DNA of 63,808 bases, filler included, from Klebsormidium nitens (GCA_000708835.1; 6 parts of 6 records of this genome joined end to end with filler, not necessarily neighbours in it), one strand, 5' to 3'; positions 48,028 to 60,169 are shown, counted from the whole stretch's first letter. Numbers and translations: made by a program. The notes: generated from the sequence alone by a model not told the origin.

Positions 48028-50304
48028 ATGTCTGCACCAGGCATGGAACAAGCCACCGCCCCAGGACCTCAGGCCGCCAAGGACTCCAGGGCCCTAGGGC
48101 TCACAGCCGTTGCAGACGAGCTTCCATGGCTGTCAAACGTTGGGCTCTACGCAATTCCCGTGCGCCTGTTTTGGAATGCGGAAAAGGGTACAAAAGAAGT
48201 CGACTTTCCAAAAAACTACGCACATATCACAACGCCAGGGTTGTGGGAGCAATCCATCAACGAGGCAATGCGACAAAGGATGGACGCCAATGGAGTGGCA
48301 ATTCTGACAGGCCCCAGCCAATTGATTGTTATTGACGTCGACGTGTCCAGCAGTGATACAAAGAAACCAGACATTGAACTCTGGGACCGTCTTGTCGAGA
48401 AACACGGCGAGCCTCAAACACTCAAAGCACAATCAGGTTCCGGCGGACTTCATTTCTACTTTAAGGCCAATTCGCCGGGCCTTAAGTGCACCCGTAACTT
48501 CTCAGGCATCAAGGTCGACAAATCCGTTTATGGTGTTGATGGTCGGGCTCGTGGAGGGGTCGTTTTTGCCTACCCTGCACGCTACGTCAAAGATCAGGGC
48601 AAACTTGCGACATACAAATGGATCAATGGGCCTCCGAGCTTTGAGGCATGCCAAGAAATGCCTCCTTGGCTCACAAGTTTTTTGAATGACCACGTTCAGC
48701 AGACTGCAGCGGACGAGATCGACACAGGAAAGTTTGTCGAGAGGCACGGATCACGTGAGAATGACTCAATTGCCACACCATCTGCGATGGATCACGCAAC
48801 ATCGATGCCATCAGCACCTCTCGAAGATGTGCAAAATACGGTGGCCTTGCCCGGATTGGAACGAGCGCTCGAAGAGATAAAGAAAATGCTCCATGCAAAG
48901 GTTCCAAACGACGCCAGCACCTTCAGTGGAGTCGGAGAGAGGACTCCAAATGGGTGGCGAATCTTAAAGTTCAAGACCAACGGCATCCGCACATGCTTAA
49001 ATGGCCACCAACACGTCTCGAACCAGTTCAGCATCTTGAGCAACGGAGGCGTCCTTGTGTACCGCTGTCTGAGTTTGGAGTGCATTGATCAACCAAAGCC
49101 TCTACTCGGCACATACTTTTGGCCGGAGTGCTTGCCTCTGAGGGCCGATGGAAAATTCATCGAGGACTGCGAACGCTATCTGCTCCCCTTCAAGCCATCG
49201 GAGGACAAAGACCGCAATAAGAAGAAGAGCAAAGAAGACGACGATCGCACAAAAAAGGCAAAAACGGATCTGCAAGATCTCATATTGCGCATGATGAATC
49301 ATTATTTTGCGGTGGTTGTTGGCACGACGAGGGCGGTCTACTTCGAGACCATCTACTCGCGAGACGCGAGCGGTCGCATCCAGCAGGAGGAGACGATCAA
49401 CCGGTCCGGGCACAACTTTCTTGAGAGGTGTAAGAATTTACAGCTCTGCAGTCTGCCGGGCAGATCAAAGGAGGTGGCCAAGTTTTGGGAGAGCAGTCCA
49501 AAACGCCGCGAATACGATCAGATCGTGTTTGAACCAGAGCTCTCCAAGGTCTCTCCTCGGCAGTTCAACCTGTTCTGCGGGCTGAATTTCCAACCAATCG
49601 AGCGCAAGTTGACAGCTGCCAAGCTCGTCGAGTGCGAAGGCAAGATGCCAAAGCTCATCTGGCACATTCGCAATGTTTTAAGTGATCGTTCCCCCGAACG
49701 CTTTGAATACAACATAAAATGGATGGCGCATGGAGTTCAGAGGCCTTGGCGGAAAATCCAGGTCGCTCTCGTGTTCCGTGGCCCGCAAGGGTGCGGCAAG
49801 TCGACATTGTGGGATTTCTACGGCCTCAAGATACTTGGGAGCAAACTTTACTTGTATTGTAATGAGATTGAAAAGGTCATTGGACGGTTCAATTCTCTTG
49901 GAGTCAACAAGCTCCTAATCGTCCTCGACGAAGCTGGGAATTGGGGTGGGGCATACAAGATGAACGATCGAATAAAGTCTGCAATCACGCAAGAGACGAC
50001 GTGCCTCGAACATAAGGGGCAAGACGCGATCACCGTGCAAGACAGGAGCAATATCGTGTTCACGACAAATCATTCGTGGCCGGTGAAAAGAGAAGCCGAT
50101 GATCGGCGATACTCTTGCCAAGAGTGCTCTGGAGTAAAAGTGGGAGACAAACACTACTTCGACGAGCTTCTGGCGGAGCTGGAAGATCCGCAGACCGCCT
50201 TTCATTTCCATCAATACCTGTCGTCGATCGACATTGTTGTCAATTGGGATCCCAAAAAGATGCCAGTAACGACTTGGGGAGAGGAACTGAGGGACCATTT
50301 GTAA
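48028..50304 (+). CDS. Primase-helicase: bifunctional Prim-Pol domain, Zn-finger, SF3 (D5/DUF5906-like) helicase
   Basis: NGVAILTG..LIVIDVD, SGSGGLHFYF, DGRARGGVVFAYP; CLNGHQHVSN..YRCLSLEC; Walker A GPQGCGKS, Walker B IVLDEA, motif C FTTN, DDRRY; intronless; ATG at 48028 assumed. Confidence 0.92.
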   Translation: MSAPGMEQATAPGPQAAKDSRALGLTAVADELPWLSNVGLYAIPVRLFWNAEKGTKEVDFPKNYAHITTPGLWEQSINEAMRQRMDANGVAILTGPSQLIVIDVDVSSSDTKKPDIELWDRLVEKHGEPQTLKAQSGSGGLHFYFKANSPGLKCTRNFSGIKVDKSVYGVDGRARGGVVFAYPARYVKDQGKLATYKWINGPPSFEACQEMPPWLTSFLNDHVQQTAADEIDTGKFVERHGSRENDSIATPSAMDHATSMPSAPLEDVQNTVALPGLERALEEIKKMLHAKVPNDASTFSGVGERTPNGWRILKFKTNGIRTCLNGHQHVSNQFSILSNGGVLVYRCLSLECIDQPKPLLGTYFWPECLPLRADGKFIEDCERYLLPFKPSEDKDRNKKKSKEDDDRTKKAKTDLQDLILRMMNHYFAVVVGTTRAVYFETIYSRDASGRIQQEETINRSGHNFLERCKNLQLCSLPGRSKEVAKFWESSPKRREYDQIVFEPELSKVSPRQFNLFCGLNFQPIERKLTAAKLVECEGKMPKLIWHIRNVLSDRSPERFEYNIKWMAHGVQRPWRKIQVALVFRGPQGCGKSTLWDFYGLKILGSKLYLYCNEIEKVIGRFNSLGVNKLLIVLDEAGNWGGAYKMNDRIKSAITQETTCLEHKGQDAITVQDRSNIVFTTNHSWPVKREADDRRYSCQECSGVKVGDKHYFDELLAELEDPQTAFHFHQYLSSIDIVVNWDPKKMPVTTWGEELRDHL

Positions 50305-50313
50305 CGATTACGA

Positions 50314-50413
50314 NNNNNNNNNNNNNNNNNNNNNNNNNNNNNNNNNNNNNNNNNNNNTTAATTAATTAANNNNNNNNNNNNNNNNNNNNNNNNNNNNNNN
50401 NNNNNNNNNNNNN
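50314..50413. other. Assembly gap linker
   Basis: N-run with TTAATTAATTAA. Confidence 0.98.
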
Positions 50414-50678
50414 CCGTGTTATACCCTGACGCCCACTTTAATACCGACGACTTCCGGGCGCTGTTTGGACCCCACTCCAGGTGGGTAGCCGAATCTGGAT
50501 TTTGACCGTTCTGATAGCGCATTGGCTCCGGCAATTTTGGGTCTCCAAATTCGCGGTCCGCTCATCGGACGGTGCAGAATATTCTGGATAAAATATAGTA
50601 GCGTCATGCTGACGCCTCCTGACGCAATGGGAAAAATGGCTGCCAAGCTCAAAGAGCTTCCTCATTTGACCTAGGGTC

Positions 50679-51576
50679 GGCCCCGGAACATGGAATACTT
50701 GACCTCCGATATTCTGTATTCCAAGGTTCCAAAAAGGCAGTATTCTGTATTCTGAGGTGCTCAAGTATTCTATATTCCGTTTCGCAAATGGGAATTCGGA
50801 CGTTTTGAAAGGTACGTAAGAAGTGGGGTGGCAACTCCCGTTTTGGAACATGTTCTCTGCAAACTAAAACAAGTCATTTGGCTTGCTTCGCCTGTTTTGA
50901 AACATTTTAAAAACGTTTTAAAATGATAAAAAGGCCCTTTACGGACCTTATATTGATATCTTATGTCTTCTTTTCGGTGTTTGTATGCATATTGTAACTG
51001 CACAGAACGAATGAAGCCCGCTTATGTCAAATAAAACAGGAATTTGAACGTTTTAAAACGTTTTGGTCGATTTTCTGTTTTAAAACACGGGATATTCGGA
51101 GCCCCATCTTGCACGCACATGTCTTACAGGTGTTTTGATTGTGTTAATCTGTTTTGAAACCGTTTTAAAAACAAAGGGGGGGTCCATTTTACAAAGTAAG
51201 GGGTGTTTTAGGCTCCTGTCGATGAGCTCTATCTGTTGGCTGCATTTAAAACTTCGTCGCGCTTCGTTTTGAAGATGTTTTGAGGATTAAGAAAAGTAAA
51301 ACAAGCAGTGTTTTAAAACATGAGTTGCCACCTCGTGAGTGCGCTTCTCGTAAAGAGTATTGTACAATCTTTTCTCTTTCAAAGCGTGCTTTTGGATGTC
51401 TTTCTACTTCAAAGTCAAGGATTCTGCCGTTGTTTTCCACATATGTGTAGTATGCTCGGAAAGGCCCTGTATTCTGTATTCTAGGATTCCAAGGCCCAAC
51501 TTGAAATTCGGGTATTCCGGATTCTCCGCTTCCAGAAATGGGTATTCTGTATTCCAATATTCCATGTTTCGGGGCC
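50679..51576. mobile_element. Non-autonomous element with 19-bp inverted ends and subterminal TATTCTGTATTC repeats
   Basis: GGCCCCGGAACATGGAATA (50679) vs TATTCCATGTTTCGGGGCC (51558-51576), 1 mismatch; no TSD identified. Confidence 0.55.
50825..51337. mobile_element. MITE family 1, diverged copy nested in 50679-51576
   Basis: GGGGTGGCAACTC...GAGTTGCCACCTCGTG; internal AT-rich blocks colinear with 30779-31305; TSD not preserved. Confidence 0.8.
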
Positions 51577-51694
51577 TACTAGGGTGCTGTCATCAACGAC
51601 GCTCCTCATGGTGCTCAGGATACACATGAATGAAGCTTAGTAATCCGTAGTGCATTCAATTTGCAAGCTGTACAAACTTTTTCCAGCTCCAGAG

Positions 51695-52223
51695 CACGAG
51701 GCAGTGGCAACTCAAGTTTTAAAACACCTTGTGTTTTATTCATCTTATTTTTTCAAAACCGCATAAAATGATTAGCGCTAAGGTTTTATTCATAACCAAC
51801 GGATAGAGCTCGTCGAGAGGTGCCTAAAACACCCCTTATTTTTGAAAATGGACCCCCCCTTCGATTTTAAAACCACTTTAAAACAGAATAAAACAACCAA
51901 AACGGCCGCAAGACATGTGCGTCCAAGATGAGGCCAAAAATATCCCTGTTTTAAAAACAGCAAAACAACCAAAACGTTTTAAAATGCCTTCTGCTTCACA
52001 TATTCGGGTTTTATTTGCTATAAGCTGATTGTTTTCAGTCTAGATGGATGTAATATATGCACAAAAACCAAGAAAAGCCTATAAGACGTAAATAAAACGC
52101 CTTTGGGGCGCTTTTCAACCATTTTAAACCGTTTTAAAACAGTTTTAAAACGGGCGAAGCAAGCCAAACGGGGTGTTTTGCTCCGCACATGACATGTTTT
52201 AAAACTAGAGTCGCCACCCCGGG
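51695..52223. mobile_element. MITE family 1, full inverted copy, 8-bp TSD
   Basis: CACGAGGCAGTGGCAACTC...GAGTCGCCACCCCGGG; TSD CTCCAGAG at 51687-51694 and 52224-52231. Confidence 0.92.
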
Positions 52224-53573
52224 CTCCAGAGATGCTCATTTGCCCCTTGTGCCAACGCTCCGAAGCGTATCGTATTGTTTTTGTGGAACGAAAAGCACTT
52301 TCTTCTGCCAGCCGTTGCAGAAAGCCAATTGCAGGCTTAGACGCACTCAAAAAGCATGTCAATCATCTTCAAACATGAGCCCAACCTGAGAGAAAAGCGT
52401 GAATCTTGCAAGAAAAGAAAGCTGTGAGCTGCGCTGTGGTGCCACAGCCTCAGGTCATGGCTTCCGCAGCCATCAAGCAGCTCGAAGTCGCTACCTCCTG
52501 CTTTGTCCCTGTCAAGCTCATAACAGTCGAGTCATGGGTTGTTTACTTTCATTAGGCCCCTTCTTCTCCGACATTGGCAGTTTGATCAAGCGGTTCAAGT
52601 TTCCAAAAAGTTCATCGAACGGCTCCGCTATGACTTTCGCTGATCCCTCAGGCAAATCCAGATTCGGCTACCCACCTGCTCCTATGGAGTGCACTGTATA
52701 TGTATGTGCGCCGCTCAGCGGGTGCCCCCAGAAAGGAACTAGACGTGGGCTAGGAGGATACCGCCCTCTCGGGCGGTATCCTCCTAGTACGGTTTATATG
52801 GCTTCGGAACAGCGCGTGGAGAACCCGGGCCGTTTTGAGAGTGGTAAAATGCAATTTGTGCCCGGTGGAAAGCATCGGTCATACTCACCGGGTACCGTCG
52901 AGCAGTCGGTACGTCCTGAATCTACACATGGTCGAGCCCGTCGATGCCTCCAGCTCAAGCGGCATCGGCGGTACTGAGACCGTAAATTTACTTTGATTTA
53001 GGAATTGTTTAATCTATAAAGTTCTGGCGTTCCGCCCGCTTATCATTGACATTCAATGATTGATGAAAGCATCGCAACGGGGCGCCAGAGAAACGTGCGC
53101 ATCGAACGATCATCAGAGGCTCTCTTCAAAACTTCTGAGCGGTCGATGAAGCAGCTTGGACCGGCGGACGGTAAGGATCAGCAGGATAGCTTGTCGTTTT
53201 GTGGCACAGGTCCGAAATTTCGTTAATTTGCAGCGTGGCACGTGAGAAGGTTTGTCGATTCTCGGTGTCTCCTAGCCAAACACGTTCCACGAGTCGAACT
53301 GGCAACCGGAGGGGCTTGGCACTGCGCCATACCGCCGGGTATTCCCCGGGCACAACCTTGTCTGTGGAAATGTGGCAATAGGGGGTTTTATAGAGGCACG
53401 CAGCACGCTCCTTTTAAAGTATTAAGGAAAAGTAAGCTTAAACAAAACACTAAACACTAAAAGCCTAACCTACACAAATGAACCCAAACCCACCCTAACC
53501 CCCAAATTAACCCCATCCGTCCCAGGGCTGGTGATCTTATTTAAACCAGGGTCACCGCATGATGTATGATAGC

Positions 53574-54606
53574 CAGTGTTTCCCCTGCATGCCGGCCCAC
53601 TCTCTGGTAAAATGGCCGGCAATGGTCAAATTGAGCCGGCAATGGGGGCCGGCCTCCGGCCCATCCGGCCGGCATTGCGGGGCACCGGCCGGCCTCTTGG
53701 GCCGGCAATGAAAGATTATTTCTGGCTCTTTCATCGTATTTAGAGTGCAGAAAGAATAGATTTTGATGACAATTTAAGGTTTTGGTCCCAAAAAAAACTC
53801 TTACCCGGGTACTTCTGGCCAGAACTACCACAGAATAAACACCTCGGTAGGTGGGGTAGGAAGTTGGTCGATCTTTCACACGTTAAAAATCTAGAGACTT
53901 ATCAAAGACAACGAAACTGGAGCAGATACCGTAAAAGTTCCAATATATGGGGTGCGCGCGCGAAAATTCCATATATTTCGGTGGGACTTGGGCCGGCAAT
54001 GGCGACCTCGGCCCAGCCCAACAGGCCGGCAAACTCAGGCCCCGGCCGGCCCGGCGGCCAGCAATCAAAATAATTAGGGGAAACACCAGTGTTTCCCCCA
54101 ACTTTTTAGATTGACGGCCAGAGGCTTCAGTTGGTGGCCCAACGGGCCACCCGACCATGACCATTGGTGGCCCAACTCCACGCAAAATCAGGTTTTTTGA
54201 CTGCTTTCTTGAACGATCGACATACACAAGATGAGAAAATAGTAGAGCGCATATGCCACGTTTGTCGTAGTGCTATACTACACATCTTTTTGGACCCTGG
54301 GCTGAAGTTAGGTCGGGTGCAGCACCAAAACAGCCCGGCTCGAAGGGGTTTACCTTCAAATATAGTGCATAATATGCCATTTTGGCAGTGATCTTTAGAA
54401 ATATCGTCGGGATTTCAAGCTTATACGCCCTCTAACTTCTAAGGTAGGCCACTTCGGTGCATTGATTGATGGCCCACCGGGCCACCTTGTCCCTCCGTAT
54501 GGTGGCCCGTTGGGCCACCTCCACCCCCCCATTGGTGGCCCATCTGGACCATTGATGGCCATTTTAGCAGGGAGTGGGCCACCAGGGGAAACACTGGGAA
54601 ACACTG
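53574..54606. mobile_element. hAT-type MITE A (outer), TIR CAGTGTTTCCC
   Basis: CAGTGTTTCCCC at 53574; right TIR split by element B; TSD ATGATAGC at 53566-53573 and 54607-54614. Confidence 0.9.
54087..54596. mobile_element. hAT-type MITE B inserted in the right TIR of MITE A
   Basis: CAGTGTTTCCCC...GGGGAAACACTG; TSD GGAAACAC at 54079-54086 and 54597-54604. Confidence 0.88.
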
Positions 54607-55864
54607 ATGATAGCAATCGATTCGAGGGAGCTCAAAACTAGCAATATTCGGATATCATCGTAGAAATTGACCAAAAAAATTGCTATTCAAAATGATACGA
54701 GCTGAGGGCTTTCTCCAATTTTTCGGCCTGATATACAACATTGCTGGAGATCTGCCTCGACTTTCGAGGATCTTGAGACCAACGATGGCACATGATCCCC
54801 TGGATCGTCGAAAACTGGTGCAAAATTCGAAATTCCGTATAGCCTTTACAGACAGACTGTCAGAGTCTGGGTGACGTATCTGATATCATTTTGATATCAT
54901 TGGTTTTGAAAAGGCAAAAATAGCAATAATGATATCATAACACTTTGCAGTGAAAAAAGTATCATCCGGTGAACCTGATTTAAACTACGGTACGGTATCC
55001 TATTAGATCCTATTTCTATTGTCACTCAATGGAAATTTCAGTGATTCGTCCCGGCCGGCCAGCCACAGCCTGAGGCAGCGGCCCCCGCTTGCCCGGTTGC
55101 ACCCGCTAGGTAGGACCTACCGTAGTATATCGATAGGGTACCGGTATGGTAAACCGGCCAGTTGAGGCCACCATAAGGAGTTCGTTTACCAGCTACCGAG
55201 CTCGGGCACCAGCCGGGGTCCCTTTAAAGAGGGCGTCTGCGGATGCATCCGCATGACGTATGCTGACGCGCGCCCCGCGCTGGGTCCTACAGTGGAGTTG
55301 AAGAAACGGGGCCGAAAAGAGTGATTGACTGCCTCCCTTGAAATACGCTGTGAATAACGACCTTCCGCGCCGCAAAGCGGGCCTGATCGAAGGCAGACCT
55401 TTACCACAGCCTCGGACTCAGGCTCTCGCCAGCTGAACCAAGAAAGGGCGCGTCTTCCTGCTAGGATATCGCTTTCAGAATGGGCGCGGCCTTGTCTATC
55501 GCAGCTCGTCGCTCACTGGCATCCAGGACAGAGGGACTGCACCAGCTTGGTCATGGCTTCTGCAGCATCGCTCTTGGGGTTTCCAGTTTTGCCGGCACTC
55601 ATTAGGAATTTGACGTGAAAGTATGTTGGCAGAGATAGTGCACAAGCTGCTCTTCTTTGGAATATTTTTAGCTCTTGCAGCTTCCAAACGGCCCGTAGAA
55701 AACGGATGGTCTGCTGCCGGCCGTCCATTGTCCTTCGACGGTCAAGATCAAACAGGAGCCCAAGGCGTTCAGACAGCTGTCAGATTCGAAATCCAGGTGA
55801 GAAAAGATACATTTGCTGTAATCTACTTTGCTTTGTCATTTTCTTATCACTTTTTTTTTGCAAG

Positions 55865-58800
55865 ATGGAAGGCCCAGGAGTTTCTCCTCTTTGCTCTCAG
55901 CGCCCAGCTTCAGTGCTGCAAACATTAGACTCGAATATACCCACTGTACAACTTGGAGCTGGCCGTGCGTCAAGTGAAAGAGCAACAGTGACAAAAACAC
56001 ATCGCTCTGTATATAAACGACCTTTTGAGGAACACTCGGAAAATGATCTTCAGGGTCTTACGAAGGTGCAGCTTCAAGATTTATGCAGAGCATTCCCCAA
56101 GAAAATGAAAGTAACTGGAACACTACAAGAGTTGAGGGAACAATGTGTATCAATTTTGAGAACGTTGCAAAGTGGACAAGTGCCACAGGATCTGCCCAAA
56201 ACACGAAAGCGAGCGGTTGTAATTAGTGTTTGGCACATTCACCAAATGTGGATACACTTCAGTGGAAGCTAGCAAACAGTCTGCTGCTGTAAGTCAGATA
56301 GCTTCTGGCCAGGAAGCGAGTCTACCATCTCGACTAGTTTCCAAAAGGGCTAGGAAAACCAAAAAACCTACTTGCCCAGCAAATGAACATTACTGGTCCT
56401 TGAAACGAGATATCTGCGTAGTGTGCGAGCATCCAAAGCCTGCCGGTTTACTCATTGAGCAGCCCACACTTCCTCCCATCTCAAATGAAGGTTCAGAAGA
56501 GGTGTTTATCCTGGAGGGCCTTCAGGTCAAGGGGTTCAATTTTGTGGGACTTAGAGATGCCACCCCTGAAGCAATCAAGTCGCTCAAGGGCGAGCAGCTC
56601 AAAACAGTGTTCAGGCATTCTCACTTCCCCATGGCCAAACAGGGGAATCCGATGCGAGTAGATGACCAGAAGGAATATTTGTTGGGTTACATGGGCTCCA
56701 TACAGAAACAACTGGAGAGGGCAAAGAATGCGCAAAAGGCGAAAGACAGCCGTGGGATAAACCGTCCACAAACAGGTAACACGTAAATCAAGACTCCACT
56801 CACGTCGTTTTGTTCTCTCAGTTTCTGACCGGTGAAATGTCCAGGACATGCACATCACCTAATCTCTTATGGACTGAGTCATGACTATCTTTTGTGCAGC
56901 ATTCGGGGGGGCTGAGAATGGAGGATCTTCAACAAGGCCAGAGGACAGCAGCGGCGTCTGATCCAGCTCGGACGGTGATGTCACCAGAGGTCGAGCGGGC
57001 TTCAGGTAGGACATTGCATCACAAACCGCCTCTTGGGAAAGGAGGGACAAAAGCATTACTGTTTGTCACGTTTGAATGCCTGTACATGAACTTAATCTTG
57101 GGGCTGTTCAACAGAGTAATTCAACAGGGTGACTATTCTGCTCAATGACATTGTGGGTCCGACGCAAGCAACTCTTGTTGATCATATGAATGTCCAGGCA
57201 GCTGCATTCAATTGAAGTCACGTGCTTTTTGGCAGGCACTTCTACCGCTGCTAAGGCTTCCACAGCAGCGACCGCGGACAGGAAGGCAGCAGATGCCCTA
57301 AGGAAGCGAAAGGCGAGAGAACAACTCAGAGATGCAAACGTCAGATCAGTGCGAGTTGAGCTGCCGCCGACGCTGGTGGAGAAGCTGGAGTTGCTTGCTC
57401 CTTTGTACGGTTATCAAGCTAGAGTCTCGTCGACGGGGGATTGGGAGTCCGCCAAGGTGGGTGGCTTCTTGGGAAAAGTGGTGGAAGACATGTTTGCGGG
57501 GCCCGAGCAAGCGCCCAGTCTTTGGAAGGCGTTGAATCTGTATTGGATCGGCCACCCAAGTATGATCGTAGACGTGGCTCCCTTTCCTCTGGCCAGGCAA
57601 CCGGAAGACAGCACCAATCCCACCACCCCGGTCCCGCAGCCTGCACGCTCCCCATTCTCGTTTTCTACTCCTAGCGCCACCCCCCCCATATCCCCTTATT
57701 CTGGGAGCACAAGCACGCCGTGCTCGTATCATTCTCGAGGACCTCCGTTCATTCCGCCCCCTTATACGCTGAATCAGAGAGCACAAGAGCAGCAGGCTCC
57801 CCAGGCTATTGTCATGGAAGAGGACGGAGAGGAGGAGAGTGACGCGGGAGTCGAGTTGCAGGAAGGCACGCAGGCGCCGGAGGTGTCGTTCTTGCATGTC
57901 TCTAGGGCTTACCAGCTGATGGAGTTTTGTGCAACGCATGGCGCTCATGGCAGTGTGATCCCTAGTCCTCACACATGGTTGGGCCAGTGCCTTGCTGTGC
58001 GGCTGAGGTGCTCGGGGTGCGGCATTGAGTTCACGTGGATTGCGAGCGAGATGGAGCTCCTCCACGGGGCCCCAGAGCTGAACGGCCGGGGTTATGCGGC
58101 GTGCCTGTCGGACGGCGGGACTTACGAATTGCTGCGAGCATTTTACGCAGGTGAGTTGGCATCAATTTGGTTGTATATGAACTTCTCCTAGCTTAGCAGC
58201 TGGTCCTGGTCTCTGGCCTTGACAAGCTTAGATATAAGTTTCTCATGGGACTGATCTGGTTGGTTCGCGGACCATAGGATAGTTGGTACTCGTAACCATC
58301 ATCTGGCACTGATCTGGTTGGCTTGCAGTCTGGTCGTTGAACATTGATACATGTCTGACTTGCCTGCTCAAGTTTACTGTGAGTTCTGAAACCAAGGCAG
58401 CGGCGTGAGACTCTAAGTTGCGATTAGCGGAAGCTTTTAGTACATAGGGTTGAGGATTGCGTGCTGGCTCTGCTGGCCACCAAATCAGTGCGTCTCTCGT
58501 CCTTGTTTGATAAGCGATGAGGACCATTCAACTTCTCAGCGTATATAAGGCCTGCATGAAGGATCATGGCCGCGGCAAAGCAAAGAAACCTCGGATTGGT
58601 GGGGTCCTGAAGTTGCTGCCGGGGAAAAAGGCGGTCTTGAAAGCTTATAGCTTATGCTACGATAAGATCCCATTTCAGCCAACCAGCAAAGCTACAAACT
58701 TTTGCCAGCTCTATCGTATCGCTTCCAAAATGAATCGATCTCCTTTGCAGGCATGAAGATGCCGCCCCTTTCCAAATGGGCGTTCTATCGATTCCAGAAG

Positions 58801-59887
58801 CACCGCCTGGCGCAGGTGGTTTTTGCGATGCGGGACGAGAGCTTTGCCCGCGCGCTACAGCGGTGCGGGGCGGACGTGCGGGTCGAGGTGGACTGCCAGT
58901 GGGACACGGATCAAGACGGAAAGAACAGTTGCACCGAGTTCCTGGACAACCAAACAACCCTCATCCTTCATGCAGAAGTGGTGAGCTCTAAAGAGGGGAT
59001 CAAGGCGCAGGCTATGGAGACGGAGGGTTCGGGGCGGGGCTTGCTTCACGTCAAGGAAACTCTTGAGGGGTTGGGTAAGCGGATGGTCGAGGTGGTTCAT
59101 GATGACAACAGCAGTGTCGACGTGAAAATAGCTGGGCTTCCCGGTGTACATAACAGCAAAGATATGTGGCATAAGATCAAAAACGGGTTGCGTCCAATGA
59201 TAGAGTCTCTTACCGCGAAACATGAGGAGTTGCAGACCCTTAATTCTGAGATGCTGCTCAAATCAGGTGGCAAGCAAGGGCTAGCTCAAACGGTTGTGAA
59301 TCATTTCTATTGGGCTTGCGACGAGACGAAGAAGGATGGCAACGACTCAGTTACGGATCTGTTAGTCAGGTTTGTAGGGAACCTGGTGCACCATCTTCAG
59401 GATTGCCACGACTTTTGCCAGCACGTTCATGATAAGTTAGAGTACACTCCACTTCGGAACTTGGGGGTATTGCAGCTAGGGATCTGGAGGAAGGTCTCCG
59501 AGAGTTCGCTTTGGCGAACAAGATTTGTTAAATTAGACCCGTTGCAGAGAGTCCGCATGCGTCGAGGGCTTGCATAGGTTGAACATAAAGTACGCCTGCA
59601 AAACCTTCTTCTTCGGGCTTAGCTTCCCTATAAGGATAGCGTTGGCCCAGCTGGACTGGAATTCTCACCGTCACTTGTATTTCAAACGGATAAGCTATGA
59701 ACGTGCTAGGAAGCAAGAAATTGGAGCATGCTCGGAGCAGGTAGAGGCAAAACCAAAGAAGGTGCGCGTAGAGCAGAAACCGTACAACTTCAGGAGTGAG
59801 CTTAGGCGGAGAGTTTTCTATCCGTTTAGCCCAAGAGAGCGAACATGGGACCGATATGTGCATCAATCGGATCCAAGTCGCAACTAG
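55865..59887 (+). mobile_element. Spliced DDE transposase, Kolobok/Mutator-like, with N-terminal SAP-like motifs
   Basis: VEVDCQWD (D 58891), AQAMETEG, VVHDD (D 59101), DMWH (59161), VNHFYW, HHLQDCHDFCQH, VEGLH (E 59564), LAQLDWN. GT-AG exons ~55865-56218, 56263-56774, 56901-57005, 57237-58150, 58751 onward; frame break at ~59547. Confidence 0.75.
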
Positions 59888-60169
59888 AGAACATTCAAAA
59901 GTTTCATAGCATCAAGCCTTGTTTTCATGTCACTGTCAAGCCCCACTGATATTCTGCTTTTGAATTGATAACTGATCCAATTAACCATGCACCGTTCGTG
60001 CCAATTGTTGTTTGGAACGTGGTATGTCAAATGCTCACACGCTCGAAAATTGCTTGCCATGTGTAGGTGCAATTTTTTGTGTTGCATAAACCATGCAACC
60101 TCAGTGAGCAAGTATCAAATTAGATGTCTGATAGGTACGTATAGTCGATCAACCATAAGCTCGCGCGTG

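Noticed and set aside
55220-55235. TTAA|AGAGG as the Kolobok left end, with CCTCT at 61797-61801 as the right end
   Set aside because: Only 5 bp match, the right side abuts a gap, and it overlaps the presumed KolX coding region.
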